Source: Neovahlkampfia damariscottae
Taxonomy: Eukaryota
NCBI GenBank assembly: GCA_016618085.1
Contig: JABLTG010000034.1
Span: 62,001 to 126,000, forward strand
Length of the DNA: 64,000 nt
Direction of reading: 5' to 3'
Positions 62,581 to 64,000 of this stretch are shown here, one piece after another (position 1 is the first letter of the stretch; each line of letters begins with the position of its first letter). Made by a program: the position numbers and the translations under genes. The notes under the pieces were generated by a model that made no database searches, was not told where the DNA came from, and saw only the letters and a program-made list of their open reading frames with translations.

Positions 62581-63954
62581 TTAAAAGAAATTCTTTTTCA
62601 TTGCTTTTTTTTTTGAATTTTCATAAGTCGCTGTTGATGAAAATAATTCAACATTTGTTGCTCTTTGATTTTTTTGTGCATGGGAATAATTATTCATCCA
62701 TTTTGATCCTTCATTCATATACACTGTTTTATTTTCTAATTTTGTCAATAATTTATTCAAATCAAGGATTAAACTTTTGGTGAATTCTTCATTTGAAGAG
62801 ATTGATTCTTTCAATTTTGAAATCATGGATTTTAATATTTCTCTGGCTTCTTCTAATTTACCACAATCTGCTAATTTTGTTGCATTCTCCAATGCATCTC
62901 CAGTTTCAATCCTGTTTCTTTGTTTGTCCAACTCAACATTTGGTTTATTTGATCCTTCTATTTTTGATGGTCTTTTTAAGAATCCCTCTACATTTGTTTT
63001 TTGAATGGATTTGTCAATTACATTGAAATAAGATAAATTGAAGTCAATAACACTGGAAATATCCACAGATTCTTTGAGTTTTGGTAAATTCAATACAAAC
63101 ACCAAATCTCTGAATTCTTCAGAATAGATATCTCCAATAGAAAGTTCACAACTAGTTTTATCATCATTAAATTTTGATTGATATGATGTAATTGATTTTT
63201 TGATTGATACTCCATTTTTTGTTTTTAGGTTTACTTTGATGTTTTGTGCAACAATAGATAACAATCCACCTAGACAATCAGCAAAACATTTTGGAATTTC
63301 ATCTTCTTTTCCAACATAATAATATAATCCTTCACTTGCATCTGAAATTGATTTTAACATATTTGCATCATGATCATTGCCAAAACCAAATGTATAAATA
63401 GGACAAGGTCCATTGAGTTTTTCTCTTTGTTTTTGAATTGCACTAACAAATTCATTCGTTTGGGTTAATCCACGATTTGCTAATCCATCAGTAAATAATA
63501 ATATTGATGAAACTTTTGAATCATTTACTCTTCCTTCAATGATTGAGTAACCTTCCAATAATCCACCACTTAAATTTGTACTTGAGCCAACATTGATAGT
63601 TTTAATAGTTTTTATTGCTTTTTGTTTTCCTTCTTTATCCATTTTTGTTGTGTATAGTATTCCTTCAACATTTGTATCAAAAGTTACAATGGAAAGATGA
63701 TCTTGTTCTTTCATTTGTTCTACCATGAATTCAAGAGAAGCTCTAACAAGTTTTATTTTTTCTCCAGACATTGATCCACTTTTATCAATCACACATACAA
63801 CTTCAATTGGAGCACTTGATTTTCCATCAGTTTCTGGTTCATACAATGGTGCTTTGAGTGATGTCATCACATAGATATCCGAAGATTGGTTATTTGGTAC
63901 TTGTTCATATTCGAACGTTATGCTTGAGGTAAGGTTTGTTGATTTGATTTTCAT
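62581..63954 (-). CDS. von Willebrand factor A domain protein
   Basis: MIDAS motif VIDKSGSM, STNLSGGL, LLFTDGLAN and IYTFGFGNDHD. Confidence 0.9.
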   Translation of the reverse strand: MKIKSTNLTSSITFEYEQVPNNQSSDIYVMTSLKAPLYEPETDGKSSAPIEVVCVIDKSGSMSGEKIKLVRASLEFMVEQMKEQDHLSIVTFDTNVEGILYTTKMDKEGKQKAIKTIKTINVGSSTNLSGGLLEGYSIIEGRVNDSKVSSILLFTDGLANRGLTQTNEFVSAIQKQREKLNGPCPIYTFGFGNDHDANMLKSISDASEGLYYYVGKEDEIPKCFADCLGGLLSIVAQNIKVNLKTKNGVSIKKSITSYQSKFNDDKTSCELSIGDIYSEEFRDLVFVLNLPKLKESVDISSVIDFNLSYFNVIDKSIQKTNVEGFLKRPSKIEGSNKPNVELDKQRNRIETGDALENATKLADCGKLEEAREILKSMISKLKESISSNEEFTKSLILDLNKLLTKLENKTVYMNEGSKWMNNYSHAQKNQRATNVELFSSTATYENSKKKAMKKNFF

Positions 63955-64000
63955 TTGTTTGTGAAGAAGTTGAAAATTCTTCCATTTTTATTGGTTTAAA

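Noticed and set aside
62581..63000. Hint/Vint self-splicing domain after the vWA domain
   Set aside because: The protein ends after the helical region, with no Hint-type motifs.

Overview
Very AT-rich, extremely gene-dense nuclear DNA from a microbial eukaryote using the standard genetic code. I can reconstruct about 39 protein-coding genes, most split by tiny canonical GT-AG introns of 29-45 nt (about 70 by manual reading), so the ORF track fragments many of them. Housekeeping genes include beta-COP, NECAP, histone H4, RPL6, PIG-O, cyclophilin, DCN1-like, two NF-YB paralogs and a probable myosin-II tail. Unusual signalling architectures include cytochrome-b5 + (RGS-ankyrin)x2, DEP-DUF547-RGS, 7TM-RGS, a CH-filamin-EF-hand-RasGAP IQGAP-like protein, PX-ELMO, and an EF-hand/coiled-coil/LRR protein with lipidation motifs at both ends. 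Intergenic spacers are mostly 3-200 nt, and most start codons have a CCAAT box within about 90 nt upstream. A few longer spacers hold fold-back structures preceded by a shared CGTTATA motif (candidate ncRNAs). The gene content suggests an amoeboid protist, possibly heterolobosean (Naegleria-like); this is inference only. No rRNA, tRNA, CRISPR array or mobile element was recognised. All domain calls are by eye, without database searches.
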